DNA of 64,000 nt from an uncultured Nitrososphaeraceae archaeon. GTDB taxonomy: Archaea; Thermoproteota; Nitrososphaeria; Nitrososphaerales; Nitrososphaeraceae. The notes beneath the pieces were generated by a model that had not been told where the DNA came from, did not search any database, and was given only the letters and a program-made list of their open reading frames with translations. Where the stretch lies: positions 448,001-512,000 of the forward strand of contig CAVZZA010000005.1 of NCBI GenBank assembly GCA_963779615.1, written 5' to 3'. A program made the translations under genes and the position numbers. Positions 19,797 to 29,874 of the stretch are shown piece by piece (the first letter of the stretch is position 1; each line of letters opens with the position of its first letter).

Positions 19797-20912
19797 TTAA
19801 TTACTCGTTGAATTATCTTCTTCCTCCTCCTCTACCAACTTACTAAGATTGCTAGTGCTAGTATCATCATCGGCATTAGCAACAGTAGGCAGGCCATTGT
19901 CTTCTGGGATATCAATAACCGTATCAGAACTTGACCAAAACTTGGGATATGTGTTGGGTTTCATAACAATTCTTTTAATCTTAAACGACATGCCTTTTTT
20001 TTGTTTAAAAAAATCATCAAAAGATAACAACGACGTTCCCAACCCAACAATTTCACCCTTTTGAGTATAAATTCCAACAAGATCGTCTTTTTGCAAGTTT
20101 TCAGGTATGGAAATAACCCCGGGCAAAGCCAACTGCGCACCATGACACAAGGCATCAACAGCAGTATCCCTAATAGTTACAGCAGGAATCTTGGTTAATG
20201 CGGACTCTATAGGAAGGATTAACTTTCGTAGTTTGTCCTCTTCTTTTCTTTCCTTATAAAGAAAAAATGCATCCACCAGATCATGAAGCCTGACAAAGTC
20301 CTTCTCGTCTGCAAAGTTCCACACCCTAGTCCTCCTTAGTTCAATCATAGAGGCACCTGCTTCAAGAACTTCGCCAATATCATAAATCAATTTTCGAATG
20401 TATGTACCAGACTCGCACAAAACTCTTAATAACACAAGCCTATCGAACTGATCCAACAAGTCCATTTCATATATCGTCCTTATTCGGGTTTGACGCCTTA
20501 CAGAAGATCTTTGGGGGGGCTTTTGAAAAATTGGCCCCGTAAATTCCTTTATGATTTTTGTAAGTTTTTCAACAGGAATGTGATTATGGATCCTGGCCAG
20601 TGCAACATATTCCTTTGATCCCAACAATAAAACCGGAACAATTTTCGTGCCTTCTCCCAAACCTATTGGCAATAATCCAGTGGTGCCTGGATCAAGGGTG
20701 CCACTGTGTCCAGCCTTTTCCAATCCCAATATTTTTTTGACATACGATACAATCTCGTGGCTCGTATGGCTTGGAGGCTTATCCAACAGGATTAACCCGT
20801 AATTAAGCAAATCCTGAATTGGACGTTTAAATGGATAGTAACCATAACTTTCATTGGTTGTACTTTCATCTATTTTTATCAAATTTTCCAATTGAGGCAG
20901 ATTTTGATCCAT
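19797..20912 (-). CDS. cbf5: H/ACA RNP pseudouridine synthase Cbf5
   Basis: LDKP, GHSGTLDP, QKPPQRSSV and GTYIRKL motifs; PUA domain; acidic tail. Confidence 0.96.
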   Translation of the reverse strand: MDQNLPQLENLIKIDESTTNESYGYYPFKRPIQDLLNYGLILLDKPPSHTSHEIVSYVKKILGLEKAGHSGTLDPGTTGLLPIGLGEGTKIVPVLLLGSKEYVALARIHNHIPVEKLTKIIKEFTGPIFQKPPQRSSVRRQTRIRTIYEMDLLDQFDRLVLLRVLCESGTYIRKLIYDIGEVLEAGASMIELRRTRVWNFADEKDFVRLHDLVDAFFLYKERKEEDKLRKLILPIESALTKIPAVTIRDTAVDALCHGAQLALPGVISIPENLQKDDLVGIYTQKGEIVGLGTSLLSFDDFFKQKKGMSFKIKRIVMKPNTYPKFWSSSDTVIDIPEDNGLPTVANADDDTSTSNLSKLVEEEEEDNSTSN

Positions 20913-20943
20913 AGGCTTTCTACACTAGAATGGCATAAATAAA

Positions 20944-21588
20944 TCAAGAACTCATGACATCTTTAACAATTTTTTTGGACAAGTCTACCAGGGATTCCAA
21001 AGGCAATAGATCGGTATTGAATGCAAAGTCAAATACATCTAATTTTTCACCAAAATCAAAGTTATAGATTTTTTTATAGATCAACTTGTTTTCATTATCC
21101 CTCCTCAGAACAATTTTTTTTGCCTCATCGACAATGATGTTGTCCCTCATAGCCATCCTTTTTGCCCTATTGTCTACAGAACCCTGCAGCCAAAAATTAA
21201 TTGTAGCATCGGCAATCCAGGGAAGCGTATAACTAGTAATCACAACATTTCCGCCATTAACTATTTCAATCAATCTGTTATCCACCTCTTTATCAAAATT
21301 CGGGTCGGAATTTCTCTCATTCATAAAAACTAAGGCCTCCTCTGTGTCCCACCAGTCATGATTTAATGAAGAAGAGTATCCCCGTTCAAAGGCCATAGTC
21401 TTTAGAATATCCCCTCCATTGCATAGTTTTAGGTTAAAGTCTTTGGCTATACTTTCTGCGATGGTGGTTTTGCCCACGGCTGGCCACCCAGAGATCACTA
21501 TGCTTACTTTCCTTTTGCCATCATTATAAACAACATCATTTTTATCATTTAATATTTTTTTAACACCATTTGTTTCATTCGATCCCAT
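20944..21588 (-). CDS. cmk: Cytidylate kinase (archaeal type)
   Basis: ISGWPAVGKTT P-loop and FDKEVD. Start moved to ATG 21588 (MGSNET) because the longer track ORF has a non-homologous extension. Confidence 0.88.
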   Translation of the reverse strand: MGSNETNGVKKILNDKNDVVYNDGKRKVSIVISGWPAVGKTTIAESIAKDFNLKLCNGGDILKTMAFERGYSSSLNHDWWDTEEALVFMNERNSDPNFDKEVDNRLIEIVNGGNVVITSYTLPWIADATINFWLQGSVDNRAKRMAMRDNIIVDEAKKIVLRRDNENKLIYKKIYNFDFGEKLDVFDFAFNTDLLPLESLVDLSKKIVKDVMSS

Positions 21589-21957
21589 TTTTAACACTAA
21601 AACTAGATTTTTCTCTTTTTCGACTGCTATATATATAAAGGTTTGAAAAAAGACATGCAATACAAATAAGAGGAAATTTCCCTGGCGGATAAAGCCCTGT
21701 TGTGTAATTGATGAACCCATTGCAAATACACAAACAAACACAAGAATGTGACATACCCATTTATGAAAATGCAGCACATCCATGAGATCGCTTTAACCAT
21801 ATGCTTTCGCAGATTTCAGCAGCCTTTGACATCCTTTTATCCTAATCCAGGCAATATGATATAACATCAAGCGCGCAACCATTTTATAAAAGCAATAGTG
21901 TGGTAAATCAATAGTCAAAGACATACAAATAGGCCGATTCCCAATCGTCTCATTTGC

Positions 21958-22530
21958 TCAATGAATGATGGTCTTGCAAATCCTCATAGTCGCCTCCTCA
22001 AGCTGACCGTCATTATTTGGAATGATTGAAAATGGGCACCCGGCAAAAATGGAACTTGAGGCAATCATTATTTTGGATACATTCAGTTCATTGGATATAT
22101 CATCTATGGAAATCATGTCTCTCTGCCTTGCGGCATCTGTTTTGCGTCTTTCATAGACTTCTTCAGAATTTGCAGTGAGTAATATTAAATGGGAGGGATT
22201 CAATATTTTCAGTAATTTATAGGGTATTCCGGGATAGTATCCCTCTACAGTATTTATGAAAAGATGCGTGTCTATGAGAACCACCTCATTTTTAAACAAA
22301 AATACGGCATTAGCAGTCATTTCCTGCAGTGACCTTTGTTCATCGAGGGACAATTTTCTAAGCTCATCTCTGTTTGATATAGATAAAAGTTTAGCCTGCT
22401 CAAACATCAATGTCCCAAACTCCGCAATTTTAATATCCACTCCCTGGTTGGAGAGAGTGTTCAAAACATTTGTTATAACAGTAGATTTTCCAACACCCGG
22501 AATTCCGACTATTATAACCCTTTTAGTCAT
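21958..22530 (-). CDS. adkA: Adenylate kinase (archaeal type)
   Basis: GIPGVGKST, RDELRKL and IDTH...GYYPG motifs; follows secY. Confidence 0.95.
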   Translation of the reverse strand: MTKRVIIVGIPGVGKSTVITNVLNTLSNQGVDIKIAEFGTLMFEQAKLLSISNRDELRKLSLDEQRSLQEMTANAVFLFKNEVVLIDTHLFINTVEGYYPGIPYKLLKILNPSHLILLTANSEEVYERRKTDAARQRDMISIDDISNELNVSKIMIASSSIFAGCPFSIIPNNDGQLEEATMRICKTIIH

Positions 22531-22596
22531 GATCTTTAATAAAAAAGTTAACCATTATTTTTATCTTTATAATGCAATGTGTAATAACGAATAAAG

Positions 22597-22649
22597 CCAA
22601 AAAAAAAATAGAAAGTGAAAAAATCTTGATTTACGTTTAAATCAAGATT
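22597..22649 (-). terminator. Hairpin plus oligo-T tract downstream of secY
   Basis: Perfect 12-bp inverted repeat AATCTTGATTTA-CGTT-TAAATCAAGATT (22622-22649), followed on the minus strand by T runs. Confidence 0.55.
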
Positions 22650-22676
22650 CGGCCTGATGAGCACCACTATGGCAGT

Positions 22677-24128
22677 TTAGGTCCTGCCCAATAGTGACGC
22701 CAGTTTGGGCATGTGGACATCTACCTGTTCCCTAACTAGCAGATTGTAGTAATTCACAAGTATATCCACCATCAGCAACAGCCCTATACCAGTTCCAAAC
22801 ACGTTGAATACATCGGACACGGAGGCCAGCAGCCCAATAATCACTCCACCTATTATCGTGACGGACGGTATATACCGGTTCAGCAACGACTCCACGGAAC
22901 TTTCAGACCGCCGGAAGCCGGGTACCTGCACATCCGCATCCAGTAGGTTCTTTGCAGCTGATTTTGCAGAAAGCCCCCCAAGTTCGACCCATAACCTCCC
23001 AAATATTGTGACAATAGTGGTAAGGAATATGATATAAACAACGGCACGTACAGGGTCAGCCACTGTATTTTCCAGAGATCGTGGGGCCGTCATGTAGTAA
23101 AATACACCACCCGTAGGGGTTTGCTGCTGTGGATGATATTGAGCAATTAGGTTAAAAAAAGGGTTGTCATTGTTAGGGTTGTAGTTTGCCCAAACCATAT
23201 GCCCCATAAACATCGCGTTTGCCAGCAACGCAGATGCCAGAATTACGGGTATGTTGGATGTGTAAAGTAGTTTTATTGGATAGGTTGCGGTAAATCCCCT
23301 ATACCGAGTCGACACAATTGGAATGTCAACATGTATGCCCTGGACATATACCAGCAGCAGCAGTATTGCGCCCGTAATACCCAATCCAAATATGCTTGGT
23401 GCACTTGCGATAGGAGAGGGAGGAGAGGAACGCAACAGAGAATCTGCAAGGTGCCCTTCCATACCACTACCTATCATAAATGGTATTAGTCCAGAAAATA
23501 CCTGACTGTTTGGAATCAGAATGGGGTTGAAAATAGCCCAAATGATACCCTGGGCAACACCAGCCATAATGAAAATACTTATTCCTGACCCAAGACCCCA
23601 GCCCTTCTGGACCAGCTCATCCAGATACATAACCACAATACTGGCGCCAATCAATTGTGCCACCAATGCCCCCAAATGATAGCTGGTTGGCGTTTGATGA
23701 CCATAAACACTGATACCATAAAGTGAACCTTCTGCAATAATAACGATAATAGTTACAATTTTTGTTGCAGAAGTAAAAAGCGAACGATCATCTGGATCTC
23801 TAAAGTTTAATTTTAGGATGTCCGATCCTTTTAATAACTGCATTAGCAATCCTGCAGTAACTATAGGCCCAATACCAAGCTCTAACAGGGTCCTTTGCTG
23901 GGCAGCAAAAATGACCCTGGCAAAAGCTAATGGATCGGTAGTAGGATCAACGTTGGTGCCAAACAGAGGAACCTGACCCATTGTAAAATATATTAACAGA
24001 GCAATTCCAGTCCAAATCAGCTTATTTGTAAGCGTAATTTTCTTTTTTGGCTTTTCAACCTGAGGAATAAAGGGAGAGATCTTCTTTACTACTGTTCTGA
24101 AAAGACCACCGCTAAGCAGAGAGCCCAT
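22677..24128 (-). CDS. secY: Preprotein translocase subunit SecY
   Basis: LELGIGPIVTAG, DELVQKGWGLGSGISIFI, KLLYTSNIP and VPGFR motifs; about 10 TM segments. Confidence 0.98.
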   Translation of the reverse strand: MGSLLSGGLFRTVVKKISPFIPQVEKPKKKITLTNKLIWTGIALLIYFTMGQVPLFGTNVDPTTDPLAFARVIFAAQQRTLLELGIGPIVTAGLLMQLLKGSDILKLNFRDPDDRSLFTSATKIVTIIVIIAEGSLYGISVYGHQTPTSYHLGALVAQLIGASIVVMYLDELVQKGWGLGSGISIFIMAGVAQGIIWAIFNPILIPNSQVFSGLIPFMIGSGMEGHLADSLLRSSPPSPIASAPSIFGLGITGAILLLLVYVQGIHVDIPIVSTRYRGFTATYPIKLLYTSNIPVILASALLANAMFMGHMVWANYNPNNDNPFFNLIAQYHPQQQTPTGGVFYYMTAPRSLENTVADPVRAVVYIIFLTTIVTIFGRLWVELGGLSAKSAAKNLLDADVQVPGFRRSESSVESLLNRYIPSVTIIGGVIIGLLASVSDVFNVFGTGIGLLLMVDILVNYYNLLVREQVDVHMPKLASLLGRT

Positions 24129-24546
24129 CTAAAACCAACACCTCGCCTCCGGCTTCAGTAATTTTTTCTTTTGCAGATTTTGAAGCCTTTCTAACCCTAA
24201 TAGAAACAACCGCGTCAACCCGGCCAGCACCCAAGAGTTTTTCATATCCCAATTCATTTAAATCCAGGGTTACCTTTCCGTCCTCAGTTGCCTTAGAATA
24301 TTTCATTAATTGATTTAAATCCTTTAAATTAACCCATCTGGTTATATCACTTTTTCTTAGAGCATGAAATTGTTCGTGCCCAAAATGTTCAGGCTCTTCC
24401 TTAACAGTTCGTATGTAGAAATGCTTGTGCTTTCCAGCATTACCAACGCCACCACGACTACCTGAAGCTCGATGTTGACCTATTTGCCCCCAACCACAAA
24501 AACGAGTTCCACGTTGTCTTCTACTTTTTCTTAAACGAGTAGCCAT
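24112..24546 (-). CDS. rpl15: 50S ribosomal protein uL15
   Basis: RKSRRQRG..CGWG...HRASGSRGGVGNAG, KLLGAG and EKITEAGG; located in the spc operon. Confidence 0.96.
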   Translation of the reverse strand: MATRLRKSRRQRGTRFCGWGQIGQHRASGSRGGVGNAGKHKHFYIRTVKEEPEHFGHEQFHALRKSDITRWVNLKDLNQLMKYSKATEDGKVTLDLNELGYEKLLGAGRVDAVVSIRVRKASKSAKEKITEAGGEVLVLDGLSA

Positions 24547-24652
24547 ACCACATTATCACCCATTTCATTCATTCAATTGATAAAAAAAAAGGTGCAAATA
24601 TTAAGTTTTCAATGACAACAAAGTTGATTTTGTTATAGTTCATTTTGATTCA

Positions 24653-25192
24653 CTACATCATCCTTTTTACCAAAGATATTAACTCCTTGTTTTCGCCAAG
24701 AATGCCATTTTGGGAGTATGAACGTTTTGATTTTTTCCTAAACCCACCTTTTGGGGGGCTTAAAGCAAACCAGGGTTTGATTCCGGGTATTTTTGATAAA
24801 TACAACTGATTTTGAGAAATGGTAGATGCAACCTTATCTAAATCAACATTTTGTGATTTTTGTGAGGAGCCATTTCCGCCAATATCCCCTTTGCTACCGC
24901 CGCTGCTGCTGCTGTCACCCATAGCATCGGTTGTTCCTGTCGCCGTGGTCGCCATCACTAATCGGGATGCCGAAATTCGTCCCTTTTTTTCTATAAACTC
25001 TCTAATAAAAGAGTCATCCACACTAGACCACGACACCCACTCTTTTATCTTTCTAAGCATGCCCAAGGACTGCTCATTCTCAGGAATTATTGTAGCGCGA
25101 AATTTTTTATCCAGGTGCAAACTCTCTAAAGTTAAATTTGCCCATCTTGGAACGTTCACAGTTCCTTTCATTCTTACAACTAGATACACCAT
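24653..25192 (-). CDS. rpl30: 50S ribosomal protein uL30 (with low-complexity insertion)
   Basis: YLVVRMKG, GMLRKIKE and WFALSPPKGGF motifs. Confidence 0.95.
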   Translation of the reverse strand: MVYLVVRMKGTVNVPRWANLTLESLHLDKKFRATIIPENEQSLGMLRKIKEWVSWSSVDDSFIREFIEKKGRISASRLVMATTATGTTDAMGDSSSSGGSKGDIGGNGSSQKSQNVDLDKVASTISQNQLYLSKIPGIKPWFALSPPKGGFRKKSKRSYSQNGILGENKELISLVKRMM

Positions 25193-25199
25193 TTTACAT

Positions 25200-25820
25200 C
25201 TATCCTGTTTGAAATGTATTTCTTAATGCGTTAAAAATAGCTTTAGCAGTGGATGACATTGTGCTAGTTGAACCGTACGACCTGGACCAGGCATCCTTCA
25301 AACCGGCTAATTTTAATAGGTTTCTAATATGCTCCCCTGCTACAATGCCAAGGCCTCTGGGACCTGGTATTATTTCTATGGTGACACTTCCACCCCTGCC
25401 CTTCACCTTAAAGGGGACAGAGTGTGGCTGATTACACCTGCATTCCCAGCTGCCACACCCAAGTTTTACCGGAATTACATTCAGATAGGTGGCGTTGGTG
25501 GCTTTGTCTATCGCGTTCCTCATTTGATGGGCTTTTCCTTTCCCCAATCCAAACCATCCAGATTCGTTACCCAAAGCAACCAATGCGTTGAAACGAGTTA
25601 GCTCTCCAGCGTCTGTCTGTTTTTGGACGATATCCACACTTACAACCTGGGTTTTTACATCAGGTAACAGATATTTCACAATTTCTGCCTCCTGTATTCT
25701 CATGCCATTCTCAAAAATTTCCTCCATGGATTTGATCTTTCCGCTGGCTACCAACATTCCAAGGCTTGTACGGGGTTTCCATTCGGTTTCAGACTCTCCT
25801 TGCCTAGCCATTCTACTCAT
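25200..25820 (-). CDS. rps5: 30S ribosomal protein uS5
   Basis: WKPRTSLG, VQKQTDAGE, GCGSWECRC and PGPRGLGIVA motifs. Confidence 0.98.
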   Translation of the reverse strand: MSRMARQGESETEWKPRTSLGMLVASGKIKSMEEIFENGMRIQEAEIVKYLLPDVKTQVVSVDIVQKQTDAGELTRFNALVALGNESGWFGLGKGKAHQMRNAIDKATNATYLNVIPVKLGCGSWECRCNQPHSVPFKVKGRGGSVTIEIIPGPRGLGIVAGEHIRNLLKLAGLKDAWSRSYGSTSTMSSTAKAIFNALRNTFQTG

Positions 25821-25975
25821 TTGTTATTTCACCTATACTGTCGATCGAAGTATGTTCGACTAATTTAGCAATGTTTATTTTAAACACCCATCCACCCTAT
25901 CAAGAACAGTGATATACTTTTATTTATTATTCTTTCGTTAACTAAAAAAGAAAAAAACATTATTGCTTGTACCCT

Positions 25976-26548
25976 TTACTCAAAATTACTTGAAAGTATT
26001 TTGTTCTTTATTTCTTCAAAATGTTTTGGGTAATCTTCAGGATCCAAATCATTGCTGATTAACTTTGAAAACCTTTTTTCATAGAGATCCTTATCCTTTT
26101 TCAAATCTGCAGCGTATTTGGAAACATGGGTTCCATTTATTCTGTTCTCATCCGGAAAAGCATCCTCAGATAAGGGTATTTCCACCCCGGCGGAAGCAAC
26201 ACCTTTCAGACAGGCAGCCACTTTGCTTGTAAAAGAAGTTTTTCCCGTATATAAAATAGCGGAGTTATTATCCTTACCAAGCATTTTCCTGCCCATCAAC
26301 AAACCCACCAGAAAACTGGCAGACAAATTATTTGAGGAGCCCTTCCATCCGTATTTTCCAAGTTCCGTGCTATTTGAAAAAGAAATCACAGTATCACCTC
26401 TCAAATTTGGTTTAATTAATTGACAGTGAACATTTTGGTTACTAGTTTTTATTGTAATAAAATTACGTCTACTGATTAATACCGCTTTTCGTTTTCTGTA
26501 ATTCGTTTTATTGTTTCTAATTCTCTTAAGTGTTCTAATATAAGACAT
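25976..26548 (-). CDS. rpl18: 50S ribosomal protein uL18
   Basis: KTNYRKR, ELGKYGWKG and RINGTHV motifs. Confidence 0.96.
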   Translation of the reverse strand: MSYIRTLKRIRNNKTNYRKRKAVLISRRNFITIKTSNQNVHCQLIKPNLRGDTVISFSNSTELGKYGWKGSSNNLSASFLVGLLMGRKMLGKDNNSAILYTGKTSFTSKVAACLKGVASAGVEIPLSEDAFPDENRINGTHVSKYAADLKKDKDLYEKRFSKLISNDLDPEDYPKHFEEIKNKILSSNFE

Positions 26549-26686
26549 TCAATCCCTCTTCCTCGCTCTCTTTTATCTAACAATCAACAAAAAACTTTTG
26601 AATCTCTTATAAACGTTTTAAACCGGACAGAACAAATCCTCATTTTCCAATGCTTCTGACTCTGTTTTTTGTTGATGTTGTTGTTG

Positions 26687-27466
26687 TTACTGCCGTCCTT
26701 TGTTGGCTATCAAACTTGCAAATATGCCAGCACCTATACCATTATCAATATTTACAACAGCCAGGCCAAAAGAACAACTTTGAAGCATTGAAGATAAGGA
26801 GCCAATTCCATTTGAGCCAAACCCATAACTGGTGGAAGACGGGACGCCAATTACAGGAATACTGACCAAGGATGTTACAACTGAAGGTAAGGCCCCTTCC
26901 ATCCCCGCCACTACCACCAAAACATCCACGTTGTTTGATACCATTTCTTTAAGCGACAAAAGCAGACGGTGAATTCCAGATATCCCAACATCATATCCCA
27001 GGTATGTCGAGCACCCCATGGAAATAGAAGCTATTCTGGCCTCCTCCGCAATTCCAATATCAGATGTGCCTGCACAAAGAATCCCTATTTTTCCGCCTTT
27101 ATTCGAAGGCAGGGACCCTTTACTGTCATATACCAAAATGGAGGTGCTTTTGTGTCCCCTTTCAACAGCAAATCCCTTCTTTTTAAAATAACACATCAGT
27201 TTTTTGATTACAATAGGCTTGATTTTGCTGATTATCACATAGCCTTTTTTTTCCAGAATTTTGTTTGAAATGGAGACTATTTCCAAATTTTTTTTATTTA
27301 ATGCCAAAACAACTTCAGGAACCGATTTTCTCAAATCCCTATTCACATCCAATTGGGCAACATTGCTTTCAATGTATTCTATTGAGAAAAGGGAGAGTGT
27401 TTTTATTGCATCATCCAGGCTTTTCCTGTCATGGTAATAATCCAACAAAATATCTTTTAAATCCAT
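26687..27466 (-). CDS. larB: Nickel-pincer cofactor biosynthesis protein LarB (NaAD carboxylase/hydrolase)
   Basis: PEVV, AGTSDIGIAEEA, DVGISGIHRL, VAGMEGALPSV, PVIGVPSS and VVNIDNG motifs. Confidence 0.94.
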   Translation of the reverse strand: MDLKDILLDYYHDRKSLDDAIKTLSLFSIEYIESNVAQLDVNRDLRKSVPEVVLALNKKNLEIVSISNKILEKKGYVIISKIKPIVIKKLMCYFKKKGFAVERGHKSTSILVYDSKGSLPSNKGGKIGILCAGTSDIGIAEEARIASISMGCSTYLGYDVGISGIHRLLLSLKEMVSNNVDVLVVVAGMEGALPSVVTSLVSIPVIGVPSSTSYGFGSNGIGSLSSMLQSCSFGLAVVNIDNGIGAGIFASLIANKGRQ

Positions 27467-27505
27467 ACAATCTGCACATAATTTTATTGAAAAACTAAAA
27501 TAAAA

Positions 27506-28429
27506 TCAAATTGGGAGGTTGGAGATAGCCTCTTTTACGCTATTTGCACCGTTTAAGAATTCATTTTTTTCAAAGTCATCCAAAGGCAACTCTATTATTC
27601 TCTCAACTCCTTTTTTTCCAACCACAGCAGGTACTCCGATGCACACATCTTTAACCCCATATTGTCCATCCAGATATGCAGAGAGTGGAATCAGTTTCTT
27701 TTTGTCCTTAACTACCGACTCAACCATGGTTGCGACAGCATTACCGGGAGCATACACAGTTGCACCTTTAAATTTAATCACCTCTGCAGCCACCTGTTTG
27801 GTTTTATTGTAAATCTCATCAGAATGGCTTTTATCCATAAACTCCTGTAGGGGAATTCCCGATATTGACGAGAACCTAATCAAGGGTAACATGTTTTCAC
27901 CATGCTCGCCTATAACCATGGCGGATATAGAGCTTCTGGAAATTTGTGTGTAGTCATGAATAAAACTGGTGAATCTTGAGAGGTCCAGCATGCCGCCCAT
28001 TCCCATCACTTTACTTGGGTGGAATCCCCCACTTTTTAAAGCCAAAAAAGTCATAGGGTCCAGTGGATTGGTTACAACAATTAAAATACATTCATTTACA
28101 TTGACGTTTTGAGAAATTTTTGTTGAGACATCTTTGACTATCGAAGCGTTGGTTTTAAGTAAATCCATTCTTGTCATACCGGGTTTTCTGCCAACCCCTG
28201 CAACCAATACAACAATATCGGAATTCTTCAATTCCCCATAGTCATTAGAGCCAAAAATGTAGCTGTCTAACCCCTTTTCTGCAAGTTGATGGTTGATATC
28301 CATGGCTTCGCCTTGGGGTAAGCCTTCAACAATATCCAGCAGATTTATTTTGGGATCCAATTCTCGAAGCCCACAATTGAGTGCAACGGACGCACCAACC
28401 TTTCCAGAACCAATAATTGATATAGTCAT
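27506..28429 (-). CDS. mdh: Malate dehydrogenase (LDH-like tetrameric type)
   Basis: IIGSGKVG, GVGRKPGMTRMDL (Arg specificity loop), VTNPLD and GEHG motifs. Confidence 0.93.
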   Translation of the reverse strand: MTISIIGSGKVGASVALNCGLRELDPKINLLDIVEGLPQGEAMDINHQLAEKGLDSYIFGSNDYGELKNSDIVVLVAGVGRKPGMTRMDLLKTNASIVKDVSTKISQNVNVNECILIVVTNPLDPMTFLALKSGGFHPSKVMGMGGMLDLSRFTSFIHDYTQISRSSISAMVIGEHGENMLPLIRFSSISGIPLQEFMDKSHSDEIYNKTKQVAAEVIKFKGATVYAPGNAVATMVESVVKDKKKLIPLSAYLDGQYGVKDVCIGVPAVVGKKGVERIIELPLDDFEKNEFLNGANSVKEAISNLPI

Positions 28430-28499
28430 AATAAAGGTGAAAGTAATTTTTAATTTATAGTTTTAAGTTGTTTCAAATCATCCAAAAAATAAAAGGATA

Positions 28500-28520
28500 G
28501 GCAAAAGGCAAAAGGCAAAA
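28500..28520. repeat. (GGCAAAA)3 tandem repeat in the mdh/larC divergent promoter region
   Basis: ggcaaaa-ggcaaaa-ggcaaaa read directly from the sequence. Confidence 0.7.
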
Positions 28521-28605
28521 AAAACTAGCAATAAATAAAGAAAGGAATATAAAGACCTATATAAACTCCACAAAGACAGAATAAATTGTCACAGGGATAC
28601 ATTAA

Positions 28606-29868
28606 ATGAGTAAAATAATAATTGTTGATCCCCAGGTTTCAGGGATTTCTGGGGATATGTTGCTTTCAAGTTTGGTAGACTGTGGGGCAGACAAAAACAA
28701 AATCATAAAAAACATCAATAAAACACAAAAATATTTTCCCCATGCAACAATAAACAAGACTGATTTTGTCAGGACTGAATCAAACGGCATAAAGGCTACA
28801 AAATTCATCTTTGATTTTGAGGAAAAGGTAAAAGAAAAAAATGCAACCGATATGTACAGAATAATAGCAAACTGCTGTCATAATATCGGTTTGTCAGAAA
28901 AAGCAAAAAAATTTGCCATTGAGTCAATAAAGACAATTATTCATGCCGAGTCCACAATTCACAATAAAGAGGTAAAAGACCTGCATCTCCATGAGTCTTC
29001 GAGTGTCGATACAGGTGCGGACCTTATTGGTTGCGCCACAGCCCTTGATGACCTGGATTTATTGAATGACTCCACATTTTATACCACTAAAGTTGCAGTT
29101 GGTGGAGGACTAACAAAATTTTCGCATGGCACTATCCCAAATCCAACAAATGCCATTCTGGAGATCTTCAAGGTTTTTGAAATTCCAATAAGGGGGGGGC
29201 CAATCGACACCGAGTTAACGACGCCGACTGGAGCATCCATGCTGGTAAATTTAAATCCGGAAAGGATAACAAACTATCCCGAATTTATCCCAGAGCAAAT
29301 AGGATATGGAACAGGCACCAAAAAATTTGATGAAATACCAAACATCTTGAGGGTTTCGATAGGAAAGACTGATTTATTTAGCAACATACAGACAGATGCA
29401 GTAACTGTTCTTGAAACGAACATTGATGACATAAACGGAGAGTTAATGGGAAATTTGATAGACAAAATATCAACGGCAAAGGATGCAGCAGTAAAGGATG
29501 TGACAGTAATAAACGGAATAACAAAAAAAAATAGGCCCACCTACATACTCAAGGTAATATGTTCTGACGAAATAGAAAAAAAGGTTGCAGAGATTATCTT
29601 TCAGGAAACGGGAACCCTGGGCATAAGAAAATCAAGGGTGGAGAGGTACCTTTTGAGCAGATTTAACCTTTTAATCCCCATAAAAATAGAGGAGGAGAAT
29701 TTTGTTGTTAACGTTAAAATATCAAAAAACCCCAATGGCGAGATAACTAACATAAAACCGGAATATGACGACATTAAAAAAATTGCAGATAAGCTAAATT
29801 ATCCATTAAGGAGAACTCTGGAAATTGTCAATAATTTAATATCTCAAAGAAACCTATACGATGTATAA
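28606..29868 (+). CDS. larC: Nickel-pincer cofactor biosynthesis protein LarC (nickel insertase)
   Basis: GISGDM, HLHE, ELTTPTGA, IGYGTG, LETNIDD, ETGTLGIR and KPEYDD motifs. Confidence 0.94.
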   Translation: MSKIIIVDPQVSGISGDMLLSSLVDCGADKNKIIKNINKTQKYFPHATINKTDFVRTESNGIKATKFIFDFEEKVKEKNATDMYRIIANCCHNIGLSEKAKKFAIESIKTIIHAESTIHNKEVKDLHLHESSSVDTGADLIGCATALDDLDLLNDSTFYTTKVAVGGGLTKFSHGTIPNPTNAILEIFKVFEIPIRGGPIDTELTTPTGASMLVNLNPERITNYPEFIPEQIGYGTGTKKFDEIPNILRVSIGKTDLFSNIQTDAVTVLETNIDDINGELMGNLIDKISTAKDAAVKDVTVINGITKKNRPTYILKVICSDEIEKKVAEIIFQETGTLGIRKSRVERYLLSRFNLLIPIKIEEENFVVNVKISKNPNGEITNIKPEYDDIKKIADKLNYPLRRTLEIVNNLISQRNLYDV

Positions 29869-29874
29869 TACAGT

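Noticed and set aside
21589-21783. 65-aa N-terminal extension of cmk in the ORF track
   Set aside because: It is non-homologous and spans a TATA-like tract (about 21627-21638); ATG 21588 is the more plausible start.
22615-22665. Possible hammerhead ribozyme (GAAA...hairpin...CTGATGAG)
   Set aside because: There is no stem I, GAAA is out of register with the hairpin, and stem II cannot form. It is better explained as a terminator after secY.
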